A stretch of DNA of 64,000 nt, taken from Candidatus Marinacidobacterales bacterium (GTDB taxonomy: Bacteria; Acidobacteriota; Vicinamibacteria; Marinacidobacterales; SMYC01). The stretch spans positions 3,328,001 through 3,392,000 of the forward strand of contig OZ250169.1 of the NCBI GenBank assembly GCA_965237955.1, given 5' to 3'. How positions within the stretch are numbered: position 1 is the first letter of the stretch; each line of letters starts with the position of its first letter. Under the pieces are notes generated by a model. That model was not told the DNA's origin. It saw nothing but the letters and a program-made list of their open reading frames with translations, and did no database searches. Below, piece by piece: positions 52,987 through 63,174 of the stretch. The position numbers and the translations under genes were made by a program.

Positions 52987-53394
52987 GTGACGATGAAGCG
53001 GAAGTGGATCCTGGGGCTGTTGCTGGCCAGCCTTCCGTTCAGCGTCAGCATCGACAACCTCAGGGACGCTCCCTACGTGTTCTTGACCGTGTTTTCCGAA
53101 CATCAGCTCGTCGAGATGGCCTACCTACCGGAACACGAGCTCGAGGAGCGCATCGGTTTCAGCGGACTTCCGACGGGGTTCACCCAGAATCGGACACAGA
53201 AGGATCGCGCGGCGCACGCTATCGCGAGCTATCTGGGCACGCTCCGGTGGGGTCCGGATGTGACGCTAGCGTTCGGCTACATGCGGGAGTACGTGCCGTG
53301 GTTGCTGCGCGGCAAAGAAGCCGACCCCGTGGACATCGCGGCGAACTACGCCGGCGTCGCCGATGCGCTCCGCGAAGCCGCGAGCCGGCACTAA
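52987..53394 (+). CDS. Hypothetical exported protein
   Basis: Signal-like N-terminus; DRAAHAIASY...E...DIAANYAG pattern. Confidence 0.6.
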   Translation: MTMKRKWILGLLLASLPFSVSIDNLRDAPYVFLTVFSEHQLVEMAYLPEHELEERIGFSGLPTGFTQNRTQKDRAAHAIASYLGTLRWGPDVTLAFGYMREYVPWLLRGKEADPVDIAANYAGVADALREAASRH

Positions 53395-53503
53395 CGCCTA
53401 CCGTGGCTCGCACCGCGACCATCGCCACCTCCTGTGTCCTCGATTGCCCGGAATCCATGGTTCCCAAGAAGCTATTGTCGACCGGGAAGCGCCCGAGCGC
53501 CAA

Positions 53504-53722
53504 CTATTCGGGCGCTTGGGTGATGAGCCGCGCGCGGCGGTTCCGGGTGAAGTAGCTCCACGTCCATTGGATGAAAACGATGACCCGGTTGTAGAGAAGC
53601 GGCTGGAACAGATGGAAGTTGCGGCGATCGATGAGGGTGATGCGAACCGCGGTTCCTCGGAGCGACTTCGCGGCATAGAGGCCGCCAAAACCGCCGCCGC
53701 CGATGACGACGTGTGGCAGCAG
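53504..53722 (-). pseudogene. ndh: Internally deleted type II NADH dehydrogenase
   Basis: HVVIGGGGFGGLYAAKSL...LIDRRNFHLFQPLLY fused in frame to NRVIVFIQWTWSYFTRNRRARLIT. Confidence 0.75.
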
Positions 53723-53724
53723 CG

Positions 53725-53979
53725 TCAGCTCTCGTCGAAGGGGATCGCCTCGTCCTCGAGCATGATGGGGATGTCGTCTCGAATCGGGTAGAGGTATTTT
53801 TTGTCTTCCCTGAGAAGTCCGGCGTCGATCTTCTCCTCGACGGCCTCCCCCCCGCGATTCTTGACGCTACCCGCGGCGATCTTCTCGTTGATGCGCTCGA
53901 TCGCCTTGCCTTCGACGAGCGTGACCGGCTGCTTCGTCTCGGGGCAGCAGAGGATTTCGAGAAGCTCAGAATCAATCAT
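53725..53979 (-). CDS. Trm112 family protein
   Basis: LLEILCCPETKQP...YPIRDDIPIML. Confidence 0.9.
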   Translation of the reverse strand: MIDSELLEILCCPETKQPVTLVEGKAIERINEKIAAGSVKNRGGEAVEEKIDAGLLREDKKYLYPIRDDIPIMLEDEAIPFDES

Positions 53980-54008
53980 GGCAATCAGTACGCTAGCACA
54001 AAAGAGAA

Positions 54009-54998
54009 TGCGATACATTGGCGCCGTGGCCGGAAGGAGAACCCTCGAGGACAAGCTCTCCCGCCTGTCCGAGCTCCGCGACGGCCAGGACTCGGAGGGG
54101 GCGCGCCGGGAGCTCAAAAGAAGCCTCGCGGACAAGAGCGCCCACGTCGTGGCCCGCGCTGCTGCGGTGGTCGGTGAGCTCGGCATCACCGAGCTCGCTC
54201 CCGATCTAGAGACGAGCATCGAGCCGTTTTTCACCGAGCCCGAGAAAACCGACAAAGGCAGCATCGCCGAAACCGCGCTCATCAAGTGTCTCGCCAAGCT
54301 AGAAGAGGGGAGCCCAGACGTCTTTCTGCGCGGGCGGCATTACGTTTAGTTGGAGCCCGCCTACGGCGGAGCTTTCGACACTGCCGTCGAGCTCCGATGC
54401 GAAGGCGCCCTTGGTCTCGTTGCAACTGGATATCTCGACGCCGTCAACGAGACTCGTGACGGCGCTGACCGACAAAGAGGCGCCGGTCCGACTCGCCGCG
54501 GTCCGAGCACTAGCGGCGACCAGACGTTCCGAAGTCGAAGCGCTACTGCGCTACAAAACGCTTCTCGGCGACGAAGACCTTCAGGTCGTCTCCGATGCCC
54601 TCGAGTCGCTGCTCGTCATCGCTCCAGACCGCTCGCTTCCTTTGGCGAAGCGTCTTCTCGATTCGAGCGATGAAGCTGTTGCCGAGGCAGCGGCCCTCGC
54701 CCTCGGAGGCTCGCGATGCGAAGAGGCCTTCGAGCTTTTGACCTCACGCCTCGGCGATTTCGATTTCCATTTGCCTTTGACGCAAACCATGTTGCTGGCG
54801 CTCTCGATGCTGCGACGGGAGGAGCCGATGGCGTTTCTCATCGATTTGGCGGAAAGAGCACCGCCCCGTCGCGCCGAAAATGTCATCAAAGCCTTCGCGA
54901 TCCATCGCTACGATCCCAAAATTCGAGAACGTCTGGAGAAAGCGTTGAGCAAGCGCAAGGACAAGAAGTTGTTGCTGGCCCTATGCGCGAGCGAGTGA
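54009..54998 (+). pseudogene. HEAT-repeat protein with in-frame TAG (54347) and frameshift (~54450)
   Basis: Three consecutive ORF pieces with L.D...VR.AA..AL repeats. Confidence 0.7.
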
Positions 54999-55238
54999 TG
55001 AGCTGGGAGAGAGAGACGTCTTCAGCGACAGCTTCACTCTTCAAGGCGGCATGAAGGGACAACCCCCCCTGTGGAGCGGCGACGGTCAGGTGGGGCGGCT
55101 CGAGGCGGTTTTGATGTCCTGCTCGAACTGGGACGCATCTCTGATCTTGTGTTCACAGCAATCGCGGTTCGATGTCGTGCTCGACCTCGAGAAAAATCAT
55201 AGGCAGGGAGACGCGCTCATTCGGTTTGGTGAATCGCG

Positions 55239-55848
55239 CTAGAAGATCTCGTGGAGGTAGAGGACGAGCCCCTCGACGACATCCTCCCCGTTGAGACTTT
55301 GCGGATCCTCGATGCACTCGACGTCCCGTCCTGGCCGGTAGATATAGACGCACTTTTCGAGAGGGTTGAGCAGCCACCCCAGCTTTGAGCCGTTGTCAAT
55401 GTACTCGTTCATCTTCGTCTTGAGCGCATCGAGACGGTCGCTGGACGAGCGGAGCTCGGCGACGAAATCCGGGCAGAGGGGAGCGAATTTCTCCTGCTCT
55501 TCGTCGCTGAGCGCGTTCCATCGCTCCTTCAGAATCCAGGACGCGTCTGGAGATCGCTTCGCGCCGTTTGGCAGAGAGAAGATCGTGGACGAATCGAACA
55601 TCAGTCCGTTGCCGTCGACTTTAGCCCAACCAACCAGCTGATATGTCAGCTGCGCGTTTCGATGGCCGGTCCTAGCGCCCGTATGAGACATGAGGATTAG
55701 CTCCCCATGCGCTGTGAGCTCCATGCGAAGCTCGGGGTTATCCATGCACAAGCGATAAAAACTGCTCGCTGGTCAAGGGCACCGTCCGGAAATCGACGTG
55801 GAGCGACCACTCGTTGTCTTGCTGTACGACAGGGTATGTGGCCGCCAT
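55239..55848 (-). pseudogene. Uma2 family endonuclease, frameshift in A5 run at 55757-55761
   Basis: NPELRMELTA.GEL, FDSST.F.LPNGA.RSPDASW, PDFVAELRS, KM.EYI.NG.KLGWL. Confidence 0.85.
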
Positions 55849-55914
55849 TCGAAGACCCCCGTCTATTCTAATCGTGGAGCGCTTCGATCCACCAATGCCC
55901 GCAACATTCGAGCG

Positions 55915-57090
55915 TCAGTGAAAGAGTATGCCCTCGGTTCGGTAGCGGCGGGTGACGAGGACGAGGAGCGCGATGCCGGCGGCGAGGGTGACGGCGGAGC
56001 CGAGTGCGGCGGAGGCGAGGGAAACGGGCTCGCCTCTCAGGATCTGGTTGATGAAGAGCTGCTGGCCCACCGTGGGGAGCAGCACGAGCCAGAGTGATTC
56101 TTTGACCGGCAGCACGGCCATGATGAGCGCCGGGACGGCTGGCACGAGCAGCATGAACGAAATATAGTTCTGCGCTTCTTTGAAGCTCTTGGTGTAGCTC
56201 GCAATGATCATCTGGAGCGCGACGACGAAGACCATGAGGGGCAGGCAGATCAGAAGGATGGTTCCGAGGGACGCTGGCGGAAGGCTCATGCGTACGCCGA
56301 TGTAACGCTCGAGGGGAAAGAAGTTGAGAACGATCGCGAAACCTACCAGGGTCTCGATGAGCGCCACCGTCGTGAACACGAGCACCGCGGCGGCCTTGCC
56401 GTTCACGAGCTCGGAGCGCTCGACCGGATTGATCAGAAGCGGCTCGAGCGAGCCCCGCTCCCTCTCGCCCGCAGTCGAATCGATGGCGAGATACATCCCG
56501 CCGACGAATAGCGAGACGAGAATCAGGTAGGGCGCCATCGAGAGGATGCGACCCGCTTGGCTTTGGGGCGTCGAGACGTCGACGGCCTCGATGGCGATCG
56601 CGTCGGCGACGCGCGGGTCCACGCCTCGCACTTGAAGCCGCAGTCTCCCGATCTGGCGGCTGTAAGCTTGCAGCAGTAGTTGCGCTCTTTGGATCGAGCG
56701 CATCGCTTCGTTCCGCGACTGGTCCATCACCAGTCGGACCGTCGCGGGCCGCCCGTCGGTGAACGCTTCTCCGAAGTCTTCGGGAATGATGAGCACGACC
56801 TCTTCGCTGCCTTGGCGAACGGCTTCTTCGGGCTCGTCGGGTGCTGCTTGGATGGCGACGTGGTTTTGTTCGAGGAACGCGATGAGGTTCGGAGCGTTGT
56901 CCGCGCCTTGAACGGGCAGCATCAAGGCTTGCTCCGACTCTCCCCTGAGCTGTCCGATGGCGAAGATCATGAACAGGATCATCGCGGGGCCGAGAACGGG
57001 GTAGAAGAGCGCGGCGGCCAGAGTGCGACGGTCGCGCACGTTGTCGACGACTTCTTTCTTGAAGACGGTGCGCGTGCGTGCCGAGATCAC
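55915..57090 (-). CDS. ABC-2 transporter permease (NatB-like)
   Basis: KKE..D.VRDRRT, AIDSTAGERERGSLEPLL..P, KSFKEAQ. Confidence 0.9.
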   Translation of the reverse strand: MISARTRTVFKKEVVDNVRDRRTLAAALFYPVLGPAMILFMIFAIGQLRGESEQALMLPVQGADNAPNLIAFLEQNHVAIQAAPDEPEEAVRQGSEEVVLIIPEDFGEAFTDGRPATVRLVMDQSRNEAMRSIQRAQLLLQAYSRQIGRLRLQVRGVDPRVADAIAIEAVDVSTPQSQAGRILSMAPYLILVSLFVGGMYLAIDSTAGERERGSLEPLLINPVERSELVNGKAAAVLVFTTVALIETLVGFAIVLNFFPLERYIGVRMSLPPASLGTILLICLPLMVFVVALQMIIASYTKSFKEAQNYISFMLLVPAVPALIMAVLPVKESLWLVLLPTVGQQLFINQILRGEPVSLASAALGSAVTLAAGIALLVLVTRRYRTEGILFH

Positions 57091-57818
57091 GAGAGCCCTT
57101 CTTCAGAACCGACGAGCGCGACGAACGCGTCTTCGAGATTGGTTTGACCCGTCGATTCGCGAATCTCGTCGGGACTGCCGCTGGCGACGACTTGGCCTTT
57201 GGCGATGACGACGATGCTGTCGCAGAGCGCAGCCACCTCTTGCATGATGTGACTCGAGAACATGACGCACGCGCCGTCGTCTCGAAGCCGGCGGATAAAC
57301 TCGCGCATGGCCCTGGTCGACGGCACGTCGAGGCCGCTCGTCGGCTCGTCGAGAAGAACGTTTCTCGGCTGCTGCACCAGCGCACGTGCAATCGCGACTT
57401 TGACCCGCTGGCCTGTGGAGAACCCTTCGGTACGACGGTCGGCGATGTCCTCCATGTCGAGGAGACGAATCAGCTCGTCGATGTGCGCTTCGAGCTCAGA
57501 GGCCTCGAGCCCATGGAGCTCTCCGAAGTAACGAATGTTCTCGCGCGAGGTGAGTCTCGGATAGAGCCCGTGTGAGTCCGGCAAAACACCAATGCGTTTT
57601 TGCACTTCGTGACGATCTTTGACCGTGTCGAAATCGACGATGCGGGCGCTCCCGCTGTCTTGGCGCAGCACCGTGTAAAGAATGCGAAGCGCCGTCGTTT
57701 TGCCCGCGCCGTTCGGTCCGAGGATGCCGGTGATCTTTCCATCGTCCGCACGGAAGCTCACGCCACGCAATGCGCGCACCTCACCAAAGGATTTGTGAAC
57801 GTCGTCGAGAACGATCAC
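57087..57818 (-). CDS. ABC transporter ATP-binding protein (NatA-like)
   Basis: GPNGAGKTT, FSTGQR, LLDEPT, SSH. Confidence 0.93.
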   Translation of the reverse strand: MIVLDDVHKSFGEVRALRGVSFRADDGKITGILGPNGAGKTTALRILYTVLRQDSGSARIVDFDTVKDRHEVQKRIGVLPDSHGLYPRLTSRENIRYFGELHGLEASELEAHIDELIRLLDMEDIADRRTEGFSTGQRVKVAIARALVQQPRNVLLDEPTSGLDVPSTRAMREFIRRLRDDGACVMFSSHIMQEVAALCDSIVVIAKGQVVASGSPDEIRESTGQTNLEDAFVALVGSEEGLS

Positions 57819-59281
57819 GGCGGCGGCCCCGCGAAGCTCGTAAAAAACGCTTGCGGCTCGATGTCGTCGACACACGAGCCGTCGAGCTCGTCGAGCGAGC
57901 CGGCGTCGATGAACTCGGCAGCGAGACGAGAAATGCAGCCGCGGTGGATCACCATGTGACCTTGCCCGGGTGCGATGAGGTGCAAGCTCGTGGGAAGGGA
58001 CGCCGCGACGAGCTCGCCGTTCGACGGTGGCGTCACCGGATCGGCCTCGCCCGACAATAAAAGCACGGGGACATCGACCGCGACGGGCTCCTTGAAATCG
58101 GCCGGAATGCTTGCGGTCGGACAGAGCGGACAGAGCACGCTTATGCTGTCAGTCTGCACCGTGCCGAGGTACGTACCTTCGTTGAGCGCGACCGCCGCGG
58201 ACGCGTCGAAGAACGGGAAGTCTTCGCTGCAGATCACGGAATAGCCCATGGCATCGGCCATGATGTCGTCGAGGTTGCTCGTCGTCATGAGGAACTGGGC
58301 GGCAAGCGGTCTCAAATCGCCGTTCGCGGCGGAGCGAAGCAAAAGGGGAACGATCGACGCGGTCTCCTGGCTGTAGGTCGCGCGACGGATCGCGAGCGCC
58401 GCCATCGATCGCTGGAGATCGATGATCTCTTCGTCTCCCGTTCGTGGATGGCGTAGCGTCACCGGCACCGGCGTCACGAGCTCGGCCATGAGGCTGTCGA
58501 GGTCTCGAGCCAATTCGGGGAACTCTTCCTGGCACGCGGCGTCTTCGGTGCAACGGTCCATCAGCAGGTCGAGAGCGCGCTGCGCATCCCGTGCGACGTC
58601 CATCCCCAGGTTCTCGGTCGGCGGGGCCACGCCGTCGAGGATTACGCTCCGCACACGGTCGGGGAACTGGCGCAGGTACGACAGCGCCGCGCGGGTGCCG
58701 TACGAGACACCATACAGGTTGACGCGCTCGTAGCCGAGCGCCTCGCGCACCGCGTCCAGATCTTCCATCGCGATCGCCGTCGTGTAGAGCTCCGGGCTCG
58801 CATCGAGTGTTTCGAGACACTTCGCAACCCACGGCTCGATCACCTCGTCCTCGAGAAGCCAAAACCCGGCGACGTCCTCAGGTTTTGGGCAACGAAGAGG
58901 GTTCGAGCTTCCCGTGCCTCTTTGATCGACGAGCACGATGTCGCGCTCACGCTCGACGCGACGGAACGCACCCCGAACTTGAACAAAGCTCTCGGTTGCC
59001 GCCTGACCGGGCCCGCCCGTCAAGAACACGAGCGGATCGGGTTGCGGCGTCCGGCTTACCGCGGGAACGACGGCGACACGGAGGTCTATCGAGCGACCAT
59101 CGGGGTTCGCTCGATCTTCAGGAACGCGGAGCGTGCCGCACTGCGCGGGAACTCGCGCCGGGAGACCCGGTGCTTTCAGTTGGCATGGGGATAGATCGAT
59201 CTGTCGCTCTGCCCCCTGTGAATGCTGTGAACGTGGATCCGCGCAACCGGCAAGGAAAACGAGCAGCCAGACGCTACGCAT
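57815..59281 (-). CDS. Lipoprotein alpha/beta hydrolase (TAP-like peptidase)
   Basis: FLAGC lipobox, GGPG, DQRGTG, GVSYG, DPVTP, GH. Confidence 0.88.
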   Translation of the reverse strand: MRSVWLLVFLAGCADPRSQHSQGAERQIDLSPCQLKAPGLPARVPAQCGTLRVPEDRANPDGRSIDLRVAVVPAVSRTPQPDPLVFLTGGPGQAATESFVQVRGAFRRVERERDIVLVDQRGTGSSNPLRCPKPEDVAGFWLLEDEVIEPWVAKCLETLDASPELYTTAIAMEDLDAVREALGYERVNLYGVSYGTRAALSYLRQFPDRVRSVILDGVAPPTENLGMDVARDAQRALDLLMDRCTEDAACQEEFPELARDLDSLMAELVTPVPVTLRHPRTGDEEIIDLQRSMAALAIRRATYSQETASIVPLLLRSAANGDLRPLAAQFLMTTSNLDDIMADAMGYSVICSEDFPFFDASAAVALNEGTYLGTVQTDSISVLCPLCPTASIPADFKEPVAVDVPVLLLSGEADPVTPPSNGELVAASLPTSLHLIAPGQGHMVIHRGCISRLAAEFIDAGSLDELDGSCVDDIEPQAFFTSFAGPPP

Positions 59282-59518
59282 CCAGCTTCGTGGCGATGAG
59301 AAGTGTGAACACTTCCACTGTGTGCGCAAGCGCGACATCTTCGGATCCATATGAAACAGCAGACATCTTTCCACACTGGGCCACACTGGGCCGCACCGGG
59401 TGAGGAGCCTCAGATCGCTCCCGTAGGAAACTCCGCGGGTTTTCGGTTGACGACCGAGTGTCCCATGATCGCACGTCTCGAGCTCTTTGAGAATCGGCGC
59501 TTTCGAACCACTCTACCG
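59264..59518 (-). pseudogene. Decayed duplicate of the 3' end of the M20 deacylase gene (cf. 61081-61385)
   Basis: Colinear blocks AGCCAGACGCTA, GTGAACACTTC, CAGATCGCTCCCGTAGG, TCTCGAGCTC, TTCGAACCACTC with internal deletions. Confidence 0.85.
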
Positions 59519-59570
59519 AGCGTGGCAGGATCGGAAACCCGATGTTACGCTGGGTTCAGAGGCATACGAG

Positions 59571-60275
59571 ATGAGCTCTGGTGTCCGCTGCCCGCACTGC
59601 AACCTAGTGCAATCTCTTCGCTCGGACGGGCTCTGCCCCCGGTGCCGACGGGACGTTACCGCGATATCGGTTTCGATGGCGCCATCGGATGCGCCGCCCG
59701 AGCCGCGGTCTCGCGGCATCATCTACCTCCTGGTAGCGGTCGCGCTCGTCGCCGCGATCGGATTCGGATATCACTACTATCGCTACCGGGCGGCCGTCGA
59801 TTATTCGACGCGGGCGGGGCTCCTCGATCCTGTGCGCGCCGGTGACTGGGTCGAGAGCGTCGATGCCAGTGCCCGGGTGCAAATCGCGACCGAGGGCTGG
59901 TTCCGACACACGAATCGTGAGACCGATCGTATCCTTTTGAGCTGTCCCGAATTTGACACCCACGTGGTCCTGCTCGTGGAGACGACCGGGCGCGGGCGAC
60001 GCACGCCGGCGGCTGCAGAAATCGCGAGGCGCGCCGTCGCCCAGCTGGAGCAGAAAGTAGAAGCGCTCGAGATCTCGATGAACGAGAAGATACCGACGGA
60101 GGAAGGCAACGCGCATCGAGTTGACGTCGACGTTCTGCTCGAGCGAACGCGTCTTGCCTATCGCTATCGGCTCGCTTCCAAGCCTGGTCATGTCGCCACG
60201 CTGGTCTGTTTAGGCCCCCCCGACACCATCGGTCATTGCCCCATGGTGCTGGAATCGTTTGCGTGGAGCTCGTGA
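59571..60275 (+). CDS. Hypothetical membrane protein with N-terminal zinc ribbon
   Basis: CPHC...CPRC followed by one TM helix. Confidence 0.65.
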   Translation: MSSGVRCPHCNLVQSLRSDGLCPRCRRDVTAISVSMAPSDAPPEPRSRGIIYLLVAVALVAAIGFGYHYYRYRAAVDYSTRAGLLDPVRAGDWVESVDASARVQIATEGWFRHTNRETDRILLSCPEFDTHVVLLVETTGRGRRTPAAAEIARRAVAQLEQKVEALEISMNEKIPTEEGNAHRVDVDVLLERTRLAYRYRLASKPGHVATLVCLGPPDTIGHCPMVLESFAWSS

Positions 60276-60305
60276 TGGGCAGGCCGTCGCTCGTACGTTT
60301 TCGGG

Positions 60306-61043
60306 ATGACGCTTCTGGCAAGCCTTGCCGCGTGCCGGCCCTATGAGAGCAAAACCGTGGAACTGGGTGAGCGCGGTATCCAGCCGGTGCTGACGCAAGC
60401 CGAGCTGAGCGACGCGAAGAATCCGAGTACCACGCCCACGCACCGGGCGCGGCGAGTATTCCAAGAGGAAAGGACCGCAAGGCTGTTGCGCGCGCAGGAG
60501 GAGTATCGACGGCAAGGTCTTATCGTGCCGCTGAGGGACATAGAGTTGCGCCAGGCCGCCGAAAGGGAAGCCAAAATAGAGGAAGAGTTCGAGCGCCGCC
60601 GCGAGCTGAAAGAGCAAGAAATCGAGCGCCGCGGGCTGGAGATCAGGCCGTTGGGAGCGCCCCCGGTCAACCGCGAGCGCCGCGACGAGCGCCGCGCGCC
60701 CGTCCGCTCCAAAGAGCTCGACGCTTGCATCGCGCGCTACCGGAGGCACAAAGCGCGTGTCGACGAATTCGGGAAGAAGGCGCCCGCTTTCGTCATGATC
60801 CGCCTGACCGTCGGCAGGCCGCCCGAGCGAGTCAGCTGTTCCAGGGTCAAGTCCTACTCACGGATGGGCGGCGATAAAGCGCAGGTGTACCGGAGGTACC
60901 TGAGCGAGTGCGCGCCCCTGCGCGCGTCGGGACCGGTGTACGAATCGGCGAAAGCCCAGGTCGAAGAGACGAAGTCCGAATGCCTGTCGCTCGCTCGCGA
61001 GGCCGGGGTCTCGCCCGGCGACGTGCGCTCCCGCCTCCGCTGA
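60306..61043 (+). CDS. Hypothetical, probable lipoprotein
   Basis: LAAC lipobox-like motif, coiled coil, C..LAR.AGVSPG.VR C-terminus. Confidence 0.55.
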   Translation: MTLLASLAACRPYESKTVELGERGIQPVLTQAELSDAKNPSTTPTHRARRVFQEERTARLLRAQEEYRRQGLIVPLRDIELRQAAEREAKIEEEFERRRELKEQEIERRGLEIRPLGAPPVNRERRDERRAPVRSKELDACIARYRRHKARVDEFGKKAPAFVMIRLTVGRPPERVSCSRVKSYSRMGGDKAQVYRRYLSECAPLRASGPVYESAKAQVEETKSECLSLAREAGVSPGDVRSRLR

Positions 61044-61089
61044 CGAAGCTGAGAGCTGAAAGCCGCGTGAAAGCAACCGAAGCCAGACG

Positions 61090-62340
61090 CTAGGTATCCA
61101 GCTTCGTCGCAATGAGGTGCGTGAACACTTCGGCTGCGTGGACGAGCTCGTTGAGAGGAAGCCATTCGTTCGTCGCGTGCGCGAGCGCGACGTCTCCAGG
61201 TCCATACAAAACTGCTGGCATCTCCGCGTAGCGGGTGAAGAGTCTCAGATCGCTCCCGTAGGGAACTCCGTGTGTTTTCGGTTGAGTGCCGAGTAACTCA
61301 TGATGGCAGGTCTCGAGCTCCTCAAGAATCGGGGCATCGGACGCGGTCTCTCCGGGCTCGAACTGGCCTTCGAACCACTCCACCGCCACCGGATTTTTGG
61401 CTAGCCAGTCGTCGTCGTCACCCGCTGCGCGGACGACAGTCTCGAACGCTTGGCGCGCGGCGTCACAGTCTTCCCCGGGAAAAACACCGAATCGGCCCTC
61501 GGCGACGAGCTCGTTGGGAACGGTCGACGGCCAGTTGCCTGCGTGCACCTTGCCGACGCTCAACGGCGCGACTAACTGCCCATTTTCATAGAACGGATGT
61601 CGAAACCCCTGGTGGCGTTTCTTCTCGAACGCTTCGAGCTTTCGAAAGACGGGCCAGAACTTCTCGACCGCCGAAACACCGCAGGTGCGCATCGCGCCGT
61701 GTGCGGCTTTGCCCATCACGTGCAGCCGGAACGACAGAGCACCCGCTTGGACTGGGCACATGTCGAGGCTCGTCGGCTCCGCGATAACCGCGGCATCGGC
61801 GCGATAGCCGCGCTCGATCACAGCGAGCGTGCCGAGCCCGCCGGTCTCTTCTCCAGCAACGCTTTGAACGAGGATGGACCGCTTCGGCTCGATGCCGAGT
61901 TTCATCGCCGCGCGCACCGCGATGCAGCACGCGGCGAGACCACCTTTCATGTCACACGAGCCGCGCCCGTGGAGCGCGTCCTGGTGGATGCGTGCATCGA
62001 ACGGACCGGCGTCCCATTGCTCGCGCTCGCCGGGAGGAACCACGTCGATATGTCCGTTCAAGATCAGCGCGGCGGTCTCGTCGCTCGGGCCCCATCGCGC
62101 CACGAGATTCTTCCGCTCGACCGGAAGTCCGTCGTCGCAGTAGGCGCGGTGTGACGTGATACCGCTTTCGATCGTCCACAGATCGACATCGAGGTCCCAT
62201 TCACGGAGCCGGCCTGCGAGCATGTCTTGAGCCGTGTCTTCGCCGCCAGTGACGCTCGGGATGCGCACGAGCTCGAGCGCGAGCTGGTAGAGCTCGTCCC
62301 GGAGTGAGCCGATCGCTTCTTTGACGTGGTTTGGATTCAC
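61090..62340 (-). CDS. ArgE/DapE family (M20) deacylase
   Basis: LNGHIDVV, GRGSCDMKGG, GEE, IAEP, G.AAHG, YGSD, AH..NE. Confidence 0.92.
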   Translation of the reverse strand: MNPNHVKEAIGSLRDELYQLALELVRIPSVTGGEDTAQDMLAGRLREWDLDVDLWTIESGITSHRAYCDDGLPVERKNLVARWGPSDETAALILNGHIDVVPPGEREQWDAGPFDARIHQDALHGRGSCDMKGGLAACCIAVRAAMKLGIEPKRSILVQSVAGEETGGLGTLAVIERGYRADAAVIAEPTSLDMCPVQAGALSFRLHVMGKAAHGAMRTCGVSAVEKFWPVFRKLEAFEKKRHQGFRHPFYENGQLVAPLSVGKVHAGNWPSTVPNELVAEGRFGVFPGEDCDAARQAFETVVRAAGDDDDWLAKNPVAVEWFEGQFEPGETASDAPILEELETCHHELLGTQPKTHGVPYGSDLRLFTRYAEMPAVLYGPGDVALAHATNEWLPLNELVHAAEVFTHLIATKLDT

Positions 62341-63146
62341 GGCGTGCCCATGTGAACGTCCATTTGCGGGAAGGGGATACCGATGCCGGCGGCATCGAGC
62401 GCAAGTTTCACCGCGCGGATCGTGGCTTGTTTGACAGCTGACAACTCGCTCGACGGCGCCCAGACGCGCACTTCCCACTCGACCGAAGACCCGCCCAGTC
62501 CGGCGAGCACGACCTGAGGTGCAGGATCCGAGAGCGCTCCGGAAACGCCGGAGACGGCTTCTTCGAGCACCGTGCGCGTGCGATCGATGTCGGCGCTGTA
62601 ATCGGTACCGACGGCAACGTCCGCGCGGCGGCGGGAGTGATGGCTGACGTTCTCGATATTGGCGCCTATTACGGCACTGTTGGGAATGATGACGCGACGG
62701 TTATCGAACGTGTCGAGAATCGTCGTGAACAACGAGATCTCATCGACGGTTCCCTTCGCACCTGCTGTCTGGATCGAGTCCCCTACTTTGAACGGACGGA
62801 ACACGAGGAGCATGATGCCGGCGGCAAAGCTTGACAGTGTTCCCTGAAGCGCCAGGCCGACGGCGAGGCCACCGGCGGCGATGATGGCCGCGAAGCTCGT
62901 GGTCTCGACGCCGAAAGCACTGAGCGCGGCAAGACCGGTGAGGACCAACAAGACCCAACGCGCCGCACTCGCAAAAAACTTTGTGAGGGTCAGATCGAAT
63001 CTGGCTCGCTCGAGCGACCGGATGACGAATCGCTTCACCCAGGCAGAAAGAACCCAAGCGACGAGAAGCAAGAGCAACGCGCCGATGATGCGCATGCCGT
63101 AGTTGGCGATCCATGTACGTCCGATGTCAGCGAATTCGTTCATCAT
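62337..63146 (-). CDS. mscS: Small-conductance mechanosensitive channel
   Basis: GLAVGLALQG.LS.FAAG, RPFKVGD, IPNS, IPFPQ. Confidence 0.92.
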   Translation of the reverse strand: MMNEFADIGRTWIANYGMRIIGALLLLLVAWVLSAWVKRFVIRSLERARFDLTLTKFFASAARWVLLVLTGLAALSAFGVETTSFAAIIAAGGLAVGLALQGTLSSFAAGIMLLVFRPFKVGDSIQTAGAKGTVDEISLFTTILDTFDNRRVIIPNSAVIGANIENVSHHSRRRADVAVGTDYSADIDRTRTVLEEAVSGVSGALSDPAPQVVLAGLGGSSVEWEVRVWAPSSELSAVKQATIRAVKLALDAAGIGIPFPQMDVHMGTP

Positions 63147-63174
63147 CCCGCACCTCCAGATTTCATTGAACGTG

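Noticed and set aside
54347-54349. In-frame TAG as pyrrolysine or readthrough recoding
   Set aside because: The same gene has a frameshift ~100 bp later and other genes use TAG as a normal stop; a nonsense mutation is simpler.
59264-61385. Diverged repeat pair as a DGR template/variable repeat
   Set aside because: Mismatches are not adenine-specific, there are internal deletions, and no reverse transcriptase is in the window.
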